In this document: in pieces, positions 1 through 13,700 of the stretch
Layout: every line of letters starts with the position of its first letter
How positions within the stretch are numbered: the first letter of the stretch is position 1
Assembly (NCBI GenBank): GCA_037447605.1
Contig: CM074823.1
Coordinates: forward strand, 1,240,001-1,304,000
From: Zygnema circumcarinatum SAG 698-1b
Lineage: Eukaryota; Plantae; Zygnematophyceae
Direction: 5' to 3'
DNA: 64,000 bases
Position numbers and translations under genes: made by a program
Notes under the pieces: model-generated
Database searches by the model: none
Told to the model about the DNA's origin: nothing
The model's input: only the letters and a program-made list of their open reading frames with translations

Positions 1-148
1 GTAGAGTCAGAGGTAATTTTACACAAGGAAACAACAATTTTTTTTTTTCTTCTTGCTTTAAGAAAATCTGAGCTTCTCTTTTAACTAAAGATTTCTCAGG
101 TCTCTCGCTTTCTATTATTCGGTTTCCCTCCTCACTCTTACACACAGC

Positions 149-179
<31 letters not shown>

Positions 180-455
180 GTTTTCTGTCAGTTCTCGCCC
201 TCCCTCTCGCCCACCCTCCCTCCCTCCCTCCCTCCCTCCCTCCCACTCTCTCCCTCCCCCCCCATCTCTCTCCTCTATTTTCTTTCATCCTTCCTCTCTT
301 ATAAACTCCCTCTCCTCTCCAAATCACAAATCTGTGCAATTCAACTTATTGTTTAACAAACACCCACCAGTAAAAAACGAAAATCTAACAGAAAACAAAA
401 TAAAATACAGTAAAAAGTATTCTTTTTAATTTTCCTTTCTCTCTTTTCCACTTAC

Positions 456-2376
456 CAGAAGATACCCGAGAATCCTCTCCCTTTCTCTCTCACTCTGAGA
501 TTCAAATCCGGGTAAAGCAAATTTCGCCATTACATCATTATCTCCAAGTTCCGGAATTTCCAACGCTCTATATAGAGTTGTTGCCTCTATCTCCCCCCTG
601 TGCTGGAGACACGTGGCATCCTCTGGTTGGTGGAAAATGCCAGGTGGCACAATACAGTGAATTTCCGGATTTAAAGCCATATAATCTCCCCTAGCGGATC
701 GATATATCGGAAGAGATCGGAGAAAACTAATTTCGTGGGGCTCATATGTGGGAGGGGGGTTTGCAGCCCAAGAGAGGGAGAGAGAGGGAGAGGGAGAGGG
801 AGGAGAGAGGTGAGAGGCGAAGAGAGAGAAGAGAGAGTCGCAGTCGGATGGAGGGAGAGACTCTGCATCGGTGGGAGAGAATTGGTTGATGCTCTGCTCT
901 CACAAAAAAAAAAAAAAAAAAAACAACGATGTTAGTTAGTTTGTTCGTCATTTTTCGTCCCAACTTCTCAGAATGAATCTGTAAAGAGAGATGGAAAAAG
1001 GAGCCGTCGGTCATATACAGACTGTAAATGAAAAAATTCTGAGTTAACCGATAACTAAAATCAAAATGAAACTAAAGCAAAAAACTAAATATCACTAGGG
1101 TAGTAGGGCATATAGCGAATAATGTATGAATAGAAATAGTACACGAATCTCTCTTTCTCTCTCTCTCTCTCTCTCCCCTCCCTCCCTCCCTCCCTCCCTC
1201 CCTCCCTCCCTCCCTCTCTCTCTCTCTCTCTCTTTCAACAATATATGAATAGTACGATAAAAAAATAACTAAAATTCATGACTAAAAACTAGTCATTTTA
1301 GTCTCACCTGTAAAGCCTGAAGCTTTGAAAGAACAATTTTTGGCAGTCCTTCTCCTTCAGTCGGAGCCGAAAGTTTGACCACTTTAGAGTTCAAAAAAGA
1401 TTGGTCGAAAATTGGCACTTTTAGTCGACGAAGGAGGGGAAGTAGCCAAGGCTTTGACCTTTCCAATGCTTCAAATCTCCATTGGTAGACTCTCTCCTCA
1501 GAAAGCTGATCTCTGACCTCTACCACCTCCCTCTCTCCCTCCCTCTCTCCTTCCCTCTCTCCCTCCCCCCCCATCTCTCTCTCTCCACGCGTTCCAACGA
1601 TTTCATCAAATGCATGGGCGGAAGTGGGAACCATATTCGCTTCGTCAGATATCGCCTGCATGTCATCACTACCACTACCACTCCCTCCACCTTCCCTCTC
1701 CTCTCTCCCCTCTCCCCTCTCTCCCCCCTCTCTCTCCCTCTCTCCCCTCCCTCCAGAATACACATAGTCATCGGGTGGACGACCAGCATCTGGTGGAAAA
1801 AAGACTACTTTCCCTATCTCTACCTTCACAAGTAGCCTCCCAATAGGTCTACTACCATCTCTCTCTCTCTCTCCATAGAGAGTGCCCCTTTCTGCTGGAA
1901 TGAGAGGCCATTTCCCAAACAATGCTACTTCTTGCTCCTTTTCCACATTCACATTCTCCCAAAAGCAATGTAGCCAAGATTCACTAGGATGGTTTTCTGA
2001 ATTCCCTGCTTGAGAAGTATTTTCCAATTTAGGCTTTCCAGGACTCCATTCAAACCAAGGTTCTGAAATATTAGGGTTGGGTTTAGGGGTCCAAGCACGT
2101 GGGAGAGCAGATGCAATTCCCATAGAAAGAAATTCTGCTGAAAATATTTTCATATTTAGGGTTTCCCGTACGACTCGGAGATGGAAAATTTGATGAAGGA
2201 GAGGGCGGGAGTAGTAGAGAGGATGGATGAAGCGGTGGGAGAGGAGTGGGAGAAGATTTTGTTGGGAGGGAGAGGCAAGTACGAACTCGTATGTGCTTAA
2301 GCGAGCCATGGACCCGGCCGCTGTGGGAATGGGGATGCCCTTGAGCTCTGCTACCGCCGTCATGTTTACCTGCGTG

Positions 2377-2418
<42 letters not shown>

Positions 2419-2467
2419 AGAGGGAGAGGGGGAGAGAAAGGGGGAGTGGGGGCGAGCGGGAGACGGG

Positions 2468-2509
<42 letters not shown>

Positions 2510-5500
2510 AGAGGGGGGAAGAGAGAGAGGGGAGGGGGACGAGAGAGGTGGCGAGGGGGGAGAGAGAGAGAGGGAGGGGGGAAGAGAGGGAAAGAGAGAT
2601 GGAAAGAGAAAGGGGAGCGTGGGGGAGAGAGAGAGAGAGGAAGAGAGGGAGGAGAGAGGGAGGTGGAGAGAGAGGGGGTGGAGAAAGAAGGGAGAGCGAA
2701 AGGGAAGAGAGAGGGGAGAAGATAGTGGGGGGAGAGAAAGAGGGGGCGTTAATGCAAAAGGAACACTGTACAAAAGTATATAAACCAGCAAAAGCTTCGG
2801 CTCTGTCACCAAAAAATCAAAAAAGATTGGAGATGAGAAAGCATTTTAAATTCTAAAGAATATCATAAAATATAATTTACAAACAATGACATGTAAAACA
2901 AAAGGAATGGGTTGGTTAACAAACTTTCACTCACATTGACAGAACCCCTCTCCTCCTCCTCCTCCTCCTCTCCCACTCCCTCTCCTTCCACCCTTCCATC
3001 TCCATCGCCTCTCTCCCGTTCTCTCCAATTACTGCCCTCCATCTGCCTCTCCAAATCTTCCATTACATTCCTCCCAATCTCTCTCCCAATGTCCAGTATC
3101 ACACGTCCAAGATCTGCCATTACAGTCAATGGGTCTTCAGTTTCCTCTCTCTCTATATCTCCTCTGCCTCCCACTCCTCTCCCTTGGCCCAAACTCTCTC
3201 CACTGGGCCCCTCTCTCTCCGACAGCAATAATCCTAATCCTGTCCTCCCACTCCCACTTCTCCCAGACATTCTTCCTCGCCCATCCGCAACTCTTCCTCC
3301 TCTCCCACCCCCTCTCACACTCCCACTTCTGAAAACCTCTCTCACATTCCCAGTCATTCCGAGCCCTTCCCTTGTGTCATTATCAACGTTTGTATGAGGC
3401 TGGGTGATTGTAGAAGAAGTAATTTCTTCTCTGTTTTCAGAATGAGAAGAGGGGCCCAAAAGAGCAATATCTTTGATTTCTTGTGATTCGATGATATCCG
3501 ATGAACAGTATTCAAGAAGGTCCAGCTGTTAAACCATCATAAAGAAAAAAAAAGAAGATCAACATTGCAATGTTTAGTAGAAAGTTCAACAAGATCAAGT
3601 AAAGAGGAGAATCGATGTTTTTTGATGGTTAGTATGAAGTTCAGCAAAGATGGCTCCATGTCCATTTCTTATTGTTTTGTCGTTTTTTTTGCTTTGTTAT
3701 GTTTGAGAGTTAAGCATGGTAGAAAGTGGTTGATAATTTTGACTTTCACGTTTGTTTTGAACAAATGAAGATTGCAGTGAGGGGAGATGTCAAGAAAGGA
3801 GCGAACTTGGGAGGGAAGGGAAGCGGGGAAGGGGGGGGAGGGAGAGGGAGAGGGAATAGGAGAAAAAGAGGAAGGGGGAGTGTGAGCAAGGGAGAGAGTA
3901 ATAGACGAAAGCGAGTGGACGAGTAGAGGAAGAAAAAGTGAGGGAGGAAGACGAGAGAATGGGGAAGGGAGTGGGAAAGAGTGGGGGGGAGGAAGGGGAA
4001 GAGGGAGGAGCAAGAGAGAGAGAGAGGCGAGAGGGAGGGAGAGACGAGAGAGCGAGTAAAGGGGAGAGAAAAACGAGAGAGGGAGAAAGAGAGGAGGAGG
4101 AGAGCGGGTGGGAGTGAGAGAGCGAGAGAGGAAGCGAGCGAGAGTGAGAAAGAGATAAAAAGTGAGGGAGAGTGAGAGAGAGAAAGAGAGAAAGAGAGAG
4201 AGAACATACCTGTGTCTCTACCCCCCTCGCACTTGCAACAACATCCGGCGTTTTCAGGAGAGATCGAAGAGTTTTTGGAGTCAGCTCTTTTAGGGTTACC
4301 CCTGAACCCTTCAATTCCTTCATTATCTCCCAAGGAACGGAAAAAACCCTATAATGAGCCTTTAAGAACTCTCCCACTGAGGGAGGAGGCTGTAATCCCT
4401 CTCTCTCTACTCCGGGAGGGGCCAAAAACACTCCTTCTGAAACCTTTACCAACATACCCACATGAAGGAGCCATAATGGAAGTTCGGAAAGGCGAACATA
4501 TAGAGGTTTGATGAGCCACTCTCGTAGGGCTACCACATCTGCGGGATTTTCCACTTCTCTCACCTCTCTCCCTCTCTCTCTCCCTCTCTCTCTCCATCGC
4601 TCGCTCTCTCTCTCGTCCTCCTGAGAGACTGCTGTTTCTTTGAGAGCAGTGTTTGCAGATTCAGCCCAAGCAGCTCTAATTGAAGGAGATATTCGGTTCA
4701 ATTTGCTCATTCCTAAGGCCCCACTCTTAGGCCAATACCCATAAGCAGACTCAACAGATATCAGCCTCTCTCCTCCTCTCTCTCTTCCCTGTGTACTCTC
4801 TCCCACAGTCCCCACCCTAAGCTTGAATAATTCACTCAAAAGCTCAGCATAAGCATCTCTCATACAAGCTAATAGCTCTTTATTCCACATAGCCCCTAAA
4901 GCTTCTGCTCCCGGATTGGCCCCTGCTCCAGGTCTAGGCCTGACTCCTCTCTCTCTCCCTCTCTCACTCTCTCTCTCTCTCTCCTGCACTCCTTCCCCTG
5001 AAGAAACATTCTCCTGCCCGTGAAAAGCGGTCAGAGGAAACTCATCTGCAGAAATTCCTGAAACATTGGGAAATGTATGGAAGAGCCTCCGGCCGGAGCC
5101 TCGGAGAACCATAAAATTTCCGGAGGCTGCCACGGGCAGCCCCGAAACTGCGGGCAGCGGGTAGGGAGTATGCAAACAAAAAGTTTCAGATGAGGACGGA
5201 GGGGCAACGGTCCCATTGTGCAAAATTTTTGCAGCGACCCCTGCCACTGGGGTCAGATTGTAGGAAATATATTTCCTGCAAAAATAAATGTGAGAGAAGG
5301 GTAAATTTTGAGTTGATGAGGGAGAGAGAATGGTTTGGTATGATCGGAGTGTTTTTCTGAGAGAAAGAAAGAAGGAAAGAGAGGGGAGGGAGAGGAGAGG
5401 GGGAAAGAGGGAAAGATGGGGAGAGAGAGGGAGAGAGCGGGAAAGAGAGAGAGAGAGAGAGCGGGGAGGGAGGAACGAGGAGAGAGTTGAGAGAGCGGCA

Positions 5501-5734
5501 GCGAGAGGGAGAGAGGGATAAGCGGAGAGAGATGAGAGAGAAAGAGAGAGATGAGAGAGAGAGTGACAGAGAGAGATAGCGAGAGCTGAACACGAAAGAG
5601 AGACAGAGACAGAGTGAGATATAGAGAGCGAGATGGAGAGTGAGAGAGAGAGAGTGAGAGAGAGAGGGAGGGGGGATAAGAGCGCGAAAGAGATAAGAGG
5701 AGAGAGAAGGAGAGGGTAGGAGAGAGAGAGAAAA

Positions 5735-5811
<77 letters not shown>

Positions 5812-7631
5812 GCCTACCTATCCAATGCCATATCACGGGTCCGTCCCGACCCCAGCGTTTGTGCGACAATCCACCTGTCAACCGCTGGTTGGCTCCCGGC
5901 CGGCCCACGTGTGAGAATATTCATTGTCTGCATTTTACATGAAACGTTCGATCCTCCAAAAAAGTTTTGGAACGGAAATTTTCCGCGCCATTTTTTTTCA
6001 TCAAAGGGCCTTCGAAGGGCTGCCTGACTGGGTTCAATCCGTACAGAAAAGAATTCTTCAGGAGTGGCATTTCCCTCCTCCCAGATAGAGAGAGAGACCT
6101 GCAAAAATAGAATAGTAAAGGAAAAACATTAAGGAATATGAAAGTCTGGAGATTTCGTGCTTTCTCTTTCTCTCACTCTCTCGCTCTCCCTTTCTCGTTC
6201 TCTCGCTCTCGCTCTCTCTCTCTATCTCTCTCACTACATTCTTTACTGATGTTTCAGCGTTATCCGGTCTCATTTGAACCTCTCCTCTCCCTCCCTTACT
6301 CTATCCTCCCTCCTCCCTTTCTTCCGCCCCCTTGCCCTCCACCCCCCCTCTCCCTCTCTACCTATCCTCCCTTCTCCACTCTCTCCCTCCCCCCTCCGCT
6401 CTCTCTTCCCCACATCTCCCTCCCCCTCCCCTCTCTATTCTCTCTGCACCTCCCTCACTCCCCTTTCGCTAACCCCCACTCCTTCCCTCCCCCATCTTCC
6501 TCCATTCCCACCTCTCCCTCTCCCCACACCTCTGCCTCCGCTTCCCACTCCCCTCTACCCTCTCCCTCTACCTCTCCCTCTCCCTCTCCCTCTCCAATGT
6601 ACTGTAGCCCATACAAAAGGGGTCCCGCAACCACGAATTAAGCGCTTCGTTTCTTTCTCTCTCTTTGTGAAAAATGAAAAACCACAAGCGAATCTCCCCT
6701 AGAGAATGTTAACTTGGAGAATTCTTCGTATACCCTTCCGTATCGTTTTCCTAAGCAAAAAAAACCAGTTCTAGATACATTTCAATTAGTTTCAGTTTTT
6801 ACTATTACCGTTTCCACAGAGCTGAGAAAAAGCATTGTTGCTGCAGCATGAGATTTGAAGCATTCCATCATTTTAGCCACTTCTGAATCTCCACATGGAA
6901 CATGGGGTTGTATAGTGCTCAGTTCAGCCTGTTCCGTTGTTCGTAACGGAAGACGAATAATTGTTCCGTCGATCCATGCATAAGCTTTGGAAGGGCCAAC
7001 TCCCAACGGTCGAAATTGGTCAGCAAAACGCTGGGCAAGATTTTTGCCTGCAATTAACCAAAATAAACCGCTAATATTAGTATTATATTACCACGACAGA
7101 ACCCGGTTAATCGCAGAGATTAACAATATCCTGATAGACGATAATTTCCGCGGTTCAATCGATAATTAACATCAACCAAAAGCAGAAAAAACAAACAATT
7201 TCATTCACTCTGGGCTGACATATTATCCCATTTTAAAAGACATTAAATACATTATAAAATGTAATATCAAGATATATTATCATATTCTATTCTATTTCTA
7301 TCTTAAAAAGGCACTTTGTTTACCTTTGAGAGGGTATGCATTGCCAGCTGGCGACCCCCCAGCTCCCCCTTTTCCATTGCTGAGAATATTTCCAGAAGGA
7401 TCGAACACATATAGACAATTTCCGGATGCGATGAATGGCAAATCGGTCACATGATATGACCCCAAAAGTCCACTTCCATAATGAAGAGAATGGCCACGAA
7501 GCTTTGCAGGGGGGGGTCCTTGTAATTGGCAAATTTCTTCAGTAGATAATGTTGTTCCTTCCAAAAATACTGTTATTGAAGGGCCCTGGAAAACCCCTGT
7601 TCATGCAAAACCATGAAATTGTGTGTGTGTG

Positions 7632-7727
<96 letters not shown>

Positions 7728-10700
7728 GAGTAAGAGAGAGAGAGACTTGTTGATGTGATGCAAGAAATGACAATAAAGGATTTTGAATTCTTAGAGTAAG
7801 ATGGGGGAAGGGGGGAGAAGGGGGGGGAAGAGAGATGAGGGGAGGGAAGGGGGATTGAAGGAGAGAGAAAGGGCAGGATGGGGGAAGGAGAGAGGGTAGA
7901 GAGGGGAGGGGAGGAGGGAGATGGGAGGAAGGTAGAGAGAGGAGAAGGGTGGACTAATAGAGCATAAACAAAGTTTGCAACCTTGAAATCTCGTTCTTCA
8001 GAACCTCTCAAGAACCCAACAAGTCGAACGACATAAAACATTTTTCGACCCTCAAACCACGACAAAGCTCTAACATTGCAAACAAAGAAAATGCAAAATT
8101 CATCCCTCTTGCAGATGGGTTCGTAAAACTCACCCAAATTTGGTTGCAATAGACTCTCCCTTGGGTGTTCTCTTCTGTCATAGACAATATCCATCCTCTT
8201 AGAACCGGAACAGTCGGCCACTTCTAACAAGTCGAACAGTAAAAGTTCTCGATCATTCCATGAATTAAGTAGCTCTGATACTATGCCGGCAGGCAAGCAG
8301 GGCAAGTTGTTCATCATTTCTTGATCAACAAGGGATAGATATCGGAGAGATTTTGCTCCCAGCTGCTCTGCGATTTCGTTCGGAACATCGGAATGAACTA
8401 GTTGACGGAATTGGACTCCACTACCTGCTGAACAAACATTGGGTTTTGTCAAAATAGGTTCTAGAAAAGACATAAGAAAACAACCTGAGAAGAAAGAGAG
8501 CTAAATATCGAGGTATGCTGGAGATTTTAGGAAGGCTTAGCAAAGGAAAGAGCCCACTGGAATGAGTATGATGAGTGTAATGTAAAAGAAAAGGAGGCAT
8601 GCAAGAGTGGACAGTGAGGAGATTGAGGAGAGATGGAGAGGGAGAGGGGAAGAGCGTGGGAGGGGGACGAGAGGAGAGAGGGAGAGAGGGAGAGAGGGAG
8701 TGAATGGAAAAGGGAGAGAGAGGGAGGGAGGGAGGGAGGCAGAGATGGAGGGAGGGAGAGTGGGAGGAGGAGAGAGAGGGGTGTGTCTGTCACATCATCA
8801 TACCTGGAGCATTTCCTGCAAGCCATGTTGCATCATTGAATACCAAATCTTTTGCCGGTGTTAAAACTCCCCCTGCATCCGGAATGAGTACTGAGCCCCC
8901 AATTGCCTTTAACCCTAATCCTGTTCCAGTTGTCCCTACTTCCACAAGTGCCTCTATTACCCTAATAGAAAAACTCCTTTTTTCTGGGGTTAAGGGCTGC
9001 CCCTTAGCATCTTGAGCCATAGTTCTCAAAACCCTTGCATAGTCCTTAGCATCAAATGCTTCTCGAACTCCAAGAGCAAGCAAAAGTTCTCTATGGGCTG
9101 CGATTTCGGAGGGAACAATGTGTAAGTAGGGATGAAAATGTGCGGGCGAATCGAATGCAAGTTGGTTGGGTTCAACAAAATTATCTCCCACCCAAACCCA
9201 TGCAACTCCCTCAAGTATTGATCTCACAACTTCTATCTCCGGCTTACGTCCGATCTTCTCCAAGTGTCCAAAAATCGACGGAATTTCTTTGGATAAAATT
9301 TCAGCAAACATCTCTAATTCACTCTTTTGCCTGCCCATGTTAGTAAGGAGAAGGGCTCCCTCTCCCCTCGCTATCATTGTGCTTCCAACCCCATCATTTT
9401 CTCGAATTCTTGATTCCATATCATCTTCTCCTTCTCTCTCCCTCTCCTCCTCCTCCTCCTCCTCTCCATACTCATCAACCTCCACATTCTGCCTTCCCTC
9501 CCCTTCTGCATCATACTCTTCATTTCTCCTCCCCTCTTTGGCAGCCCCATTTCCTTCTCTCTCACCTTCAAGTACTGCTTCTTGAAACACCACATTTCTA
9601 TTCTTCTCCCTCTCTCTCTCTCTCTCCGTACACTCGTTAAAAATTCGAGAAAGTTCAACTAACTGTATTGCAAGATGAGCTGCATTTGGAGATTGATTCC
9701 ATCCCAGCTTAGTTTTAAGGCTTGAAGACCTTATACTTCCTTCAAGAATTCTCACAGACCTAGAAACAAGCCATATATCACTTTTTGGCCTGGTTAATCG
9801 TGGTGGGGCTATAGGGCTTTTATTATAAGCCCAAGGAAGATTGGGTTCAGGAGGTTCAATAAGAACTGGGCACCAAGAAATATTACTTATCTCCTTCCAA
9901 AATTCTTCCTCTCCTATATCTCCATCAGCCATTCCTCTCCCATCCTCCTCAACCCCACTCCCTCTCCTTATTCCTCTCCCACTCCCTACCACAAACGGCC
10001 CATCATTGATATCTCTCCAAGGATCCATTAAACTGCTTTCTTCTCCGAATGGATTCCAGTTTCTCTCCCTCTCTCTCCCACCCAATCCCAAATCTCTCGC
10101 TGTATCCCATTCCTGTTCTTCAGCCCTGAATTCTGCTCTATCCCAGGATGTATTTTGTGAAGAATTTGGCTGAAATCTGAGTTGTAAAAGCTCTTGATTA
10201 TCTTGAATAAGTTGCCTTTCATCCAAATGGGCCAATAAAGCGTGAGCCCTCCTTATTGCTTCTGCTTCATTTGAATTTCCAATCAACTGTACGGACCGAG
10301 CACTATCAAGTAATCCCTTTCTGTTCATCTCTCGTTGCAGCCCAAGAATAGCCAAACTATCCAAAGCAGAAGGTGTGGAAAATTCATTGAAAGGGAAAAA
10401 TACATCATGATCGAGGAGTGCTTTAAGCTCTGAAACTCGCGGGTCATAAAGCCTGTGGAAAATAACCGGAGGAAATAGTCAGCTGATAAGTAGTCACTTA
10501 GTCGGTCAAGTCAGTTCAGTCAGTTACATGTACTGGATGCAGAATTTTACAATTGTGCATGCATACTTCTTCACTGAACCGCTCTCTTCTGTTATCTCCA
10601 TTTTGAATTTGATCTTCCATTCCAGAACTCAGCATCCCATCAACTTAACAACAACATGGCAGGAGAAAACAGGAAGCAGTACTCTTATCCTTTAATACCT

Positions 10701-13700
10701 TATTAGATCTAATTAGTACCTAATTAGTTTCTTCGTTAGTTCCTATTAATTCCTTATTAGTAGACATGAGGTGTAGCATTATTATTAAAGATTCGTAGAG
10801 ATATTGTACAGATTATTAGTTATTAGTGCCTCATTGGTTCATTAATAGTTCCTTATTAGTCACTTATTAGTTCCTCAATAGTTCCTTATTAATCACTTTA
10901 GTCCCGTCATTACCTGCTCGGAGCCATCAACTCTCCTTTCGAATTCGGCACGAATTTCAACTCCCTTAATGCTCCAATAAGGCTCGAATCCTCCCTTGCT
11001 AAACTATGCAACTCCTGCAGAACTTTCCGCATAGTTCTGGAAATCAGCTCCGGTACAAAATCGCCAATGCAAGGAAAAACATGGTCTTTATAAAAGGCTG
11101 TCCGAGTGATTTCCTGAACCCCTAAAACCTTCGCCAAAACTTCCCACTCCTTCTCTGAATCGGCCCTTACAAAACTTCCTCCCAATAGCCCTTCATCCAC
11201 ACCAGTGGGAGCAAAGAAGCGTGAATTTGCTGGAAGATCAACAAACCTTCGGCCACCTCCTGCAGAAAGAAACGGGAGAGAGAGTGAGTGTGGGAGAGGG
11301 AGAGGGAGAGGGAGAGGGAGAGGGAGAGGGAGAGGGAGAGGGAGAGGGAGAGGGAGAGGGAGGGGTAGAGGGAGGGGTAGAGGGAGGGGTAGAGGGAGGG
11401 GTAGAGGGAGGGGTAGAGTGAGGGGTAGAGGGAGGGGTAGAGGGAGGGGTAGAGGGAGGGGTAGAGGGAGGGGTAGAGGGAGGGGGAGGGGGGAGGGGGG
11501 GGGGAGGGTGAGGGAAAGGAGGGAAGGAGAGAGAGAGACACAAAAAACTGCAGCAACAGAATAGCTTTCCACTTCTTTCAAAAGCAAAGCTTCCTCACCT
11601 GGTATAGTCCCATAGGACTCATATATGGGCAGCATCCTCAATGTACGAATCCTCGCCTCATTCATTTGCCTATCTACAAACCACTTAGACTGCAACAAAT
11701 AGCTTCTCAGCTCCCTTCTCTCTGCATCTGAAGCTCCATTCAAAAGCTCAGCAGCTGCTTCTGCTGTCATCTCCCTCTCTTCCCTTCTCTCTCCCTCTCT
11801 TGTCTCTTCCCTTCTTCTCCCAGAAGCAGAAGCAGAAGAAACAGCCATAAGTGAATCTAAAACCCCAAAAGCTGAAGCTTCCAATACAAATTGGCTAAGT
11901 CCTGGGTGCTCAAGAGGCATGTCCGTACGAGTGAATGCTACCCCAGCTCTCATCAACAAACTCATCAGATTTTCGCTCCATTCTCCGTTCCGTACAATGG
12001 GAGAGCCCCTCTTTAGCCTCCTTAACGACCCATCAGCAGAAGGAAGAATGGGCCACTCAGAAAAGGTATCCAAATCCACTGCTAAACGACAATTTCTGTT
12101 GAGGTATATCCATAAATTTCGAATCCATTCAACGGTCGGATGCCCATTTCCTTCTGCACTTGTCTCTCCAGCTTCAGAACTTCTCTCCATTGAAATAGGG
12201 ACACTTGATGGTGGACTCCACTCTACCACCTCTTTCCCTCTCCACTCTGTTGGAACAAGTCTAGGCATTAACTCCCCTAATAGAGAAGCTGAAACTATCT
12301 GAAGATTTGTCATTCCACACTTAGCAATTCCCAGAAGTCGATTGTGCAAAACTGGGTCTAATTCTCCGTCTACAAGCATGTGTTTAACCCCAAATTCCAA
12401 CAGCTTTATCTCTTCTTGGTTTGCCACAATGATCTTCTCTCCAAATCGGCCTCTTATTATGGTACCCAAACTCCCATCTGCTAAGGGCAAAAGCGATAGC
12501 CCATGCAGCTTATCTCCAGCCTCAGAATCCTTCACATCTAAAAGGCAATACTTTAAGGCAATTTCCACATTTTCTTTTCCTCCCAAATCTCTTTTGAGAC
12601 CACCCACAAAGGTTTTTCTCAACAGCTGAGGAGTCAAATATCGTAGGTTTGGGCAAACCTCAGAAAACATTTTGACGATACCGATCGGAGAATTGACCAC
12701 AGGAAGCTGAGCACTGACTAAAGCTTTGACCAAACCCTCCCCTTGGTCAAAACCCACATCCGGAAAAACCGCTCTTTTGGCTGAAATCCATCTCCCTCCC
12801 GCAGCTTCCGTATAAAGGACCGGAATCTCAAGCTCTGAAATTGCAATATAGACCTTGTGGGAGAGAGATAACCAAGGCTCTTGCAAAGGTGGTAGAGGCC
12901 ATAGAGCATGAAATTCATCACTTAATCCCAAACAACAAGCAGCTTCCCCTAGTAGTCTAGCATAAGCAGGACCGGCAACATCCTCCAATAAGCAGTGATT
13001 CCAATTTGATCTCAATCTTCCTCCCCCACTCATATCATCTCCATACCATATGTCTCTTCTGTTTGAAGATAGCTCAAAATAGCCATTCACATGTACAGGC
13101 AGTCCGATCTTCATTGGAAGAGGGAGGAAACAGAATGCCTTTCCTTCTAGCCTCTTTTCTCGAGTCGATTCTGGATCAATTTGGACTTGAATTTCTCGAT
13201 TCATTCCGATATTCTCTTCCCCACTTTCCGAGTCGATACTGTCGATATTACCGATACTATCTCCTTGACGCAGTTTAGCAGCAATCCCTGCCCATGGAAC
13301 AAAACCTCGAGATCGATTTTCTGGATTAATAGCATAATCTCTTGCTTGCCCTCCTCCCAATGCATTACATATAAGCCATGAACTGCTTCTAAGACCCTCT
13401 CCAGGTGTGACAACTGTCACGTTTACTTGCCCACAATGCCATGGGAGCTGACCCTCCGTTGTCCGTTGCAGCTTACGGTAAAACTGTTCCTTGTCAATCG
13501 GATTGTTAGGATCTCCCCTAACAAACTCATAAACTGAACGCATAGAAAAAGGCTGTTGGAATGCATTCTGATGCTGCTGAAGGAGTTGTTGTTGTGAGAG
13601 ACTGCCTGCAAGCCAAGGGCCCCTAAGAGGCCTATCAATCTGTGGAATAGAACGCTGAATTTCGTACAAAAGTTCCATATCTTGACTTGTTTCCTCCCTC

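Noticed and set aside
78-95. CTTTTAACTAAAGATTTC resembling the U5 snRNA loop I region
   Set aside because: Short imperfect match with no surrounding U5 stems or Sm site; it lies in a sacsin intron on the antisense strand.
8134-8424. Degenerate third Hsp90-like ATPase motif in sacsin (LLFDLLEVADC instead of ELxQNADDA) as a novelty
   Set aside because: As I recall, land-plant sacsins have the same degenerate third repeat (DLLELADC...REHPR..LLQ.NLGEFQGP), so it is a family trait rather than new.
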